Part shown: piece after piece, positions 63,017-64,000 of the stretch
Layout of the letters: each line of letters starts with the position of its first letter
How positions within the stretch are numbered: the stretch's first letter is position 1
DNA from: Chrysomallon squamiferum
Taxonomy: Eukaryota; Animalia; Mollusca
Length of the DNA: 64,000 bases
Assembly (NCBI GenBank): GCA_012295275.1
Contig: CM022670.1
Coordinates: 7,812,001-7,876,000 of the forward strand
Direction of reading: 5' to 3'
Translations under genes and position numbers: made by a program
Notes under the pieces: model-generated
Database searches by the model: none
Told to the model about the DNA's origin: nothing
The model's input: the letters and a program-made list of their open reading frames with translations, nothing else

Positions 63017-64000
63017 TACACACCTGCTCATCATCTCCTGGCTAGTGAGGCTGGTTGGCCGCAGTATAGATTTTCACCTTATTTATCATAACCATCGAAT
63101 TATCCCTGGTGGGAAAAAAACCTTAATTAACAAAACAAAATAATAATAATAAAAACAAATTAAAAAACATTTATTAACAGTATTATTGGTTCGCTTGGAC
63201 AGAGGACTCGGAGTTGGCCAAATGTATAACGAGAAATTAGCTCCTCCCAAATGTCAGTGTTCTAAAATGATCACCAAAAAAAAACCCAAAGACACTTAAA
63301 TATTTTAACGTGTTCTAAATTTATTAACAAGGACTGGAAAGCGGAGGCAGAAAAGATCATAAAAGGTATTTTTATTATTTATTTATTTATTTATTTCATT
63401 AGTATTTCATAACGTTATTTAGTCTGAACTAGATTGGATAGATGAAAAGGATGAAAGTAGAATAGTTATTAATTACCAAGTTCTGTTTATAGCAATGTTT
63501 TAGACTGTTTTAAATGTGGAACTATGGTGTTGTTGAAAACTGAAGTTTGGATAACCATTACAAAAACAAAATTTAAGATTTTGATAATTTAACTTTGTAA
63601 ATTTTAGACAGTTTTAAATGTGGAATTATTATTGTCTTGAATATTATTAAAATTCGTATCGCCATTATGTAAGATTTGGATAATTTAATTTGGTAAGAAT
63701 TTCCGATTACAGTATAATAAACTGCTGGTATTTTGACAGTTTGTTAACATTTTTTATGTGTTTCGATAAAATATGTAAATTAGTGTTCAGCTATGGTTTC
63801 CTATACAGTACTTATTATTAATGTATTTTGTGAATTTATAATATTATTACGAAAACTTAACATCTGTAGTTCGAAAACATAAACCATTTAGTTTTAAATC
63901 TTTTCTGGTGTAAATGATGATAGAGGATGATTCGTTTCCATAACATTTTTAATTTTAACTTTTTCAGCTTTTTGATATTATTATTATTATTATTATTATT

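Overview
This is AT-rich, microsatellite-dense animal genomic DNA with spliceosomal introns. A lophotrochozoan or mollusc-like source is my inference only. The minus strand carries a tandem array of four Mesh/SUSD2-like cell-surface genes, reconstructed by hand exon by exon with consistent splice phases. Their architecture shrinks stepwise along the array. Copy A (43842-54312, about 1086 aa) is SP-NIDO-IPT-AMOP-VWD-Cys-rich-Sushi-TM-tail. Copy B (25897-37395, about 897 aa) lacks the Cys-rich and Sushi region and four AMOP cysteines. Copy C (7925-16262, about 625 aa) also lacks NIDO and appears to have replaced the TM/cytoplasmic tail with a GPI-type C-terminus, leaving the old tail exon downstream as a relic. 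Copy D (<1-3158) resembles C and runs off the window. Around the genes are an orphan NIDO exon, an inverted exon-2 copy in front of gene A, duplicated intergenic blocks, several minisatellites and an internally deleted Tigger/pogo element. A divergently transcribed STELLO-like (DUF288) glycosyltransferase gene on the plus strand (58180-62338) has two apparent frameshifts.
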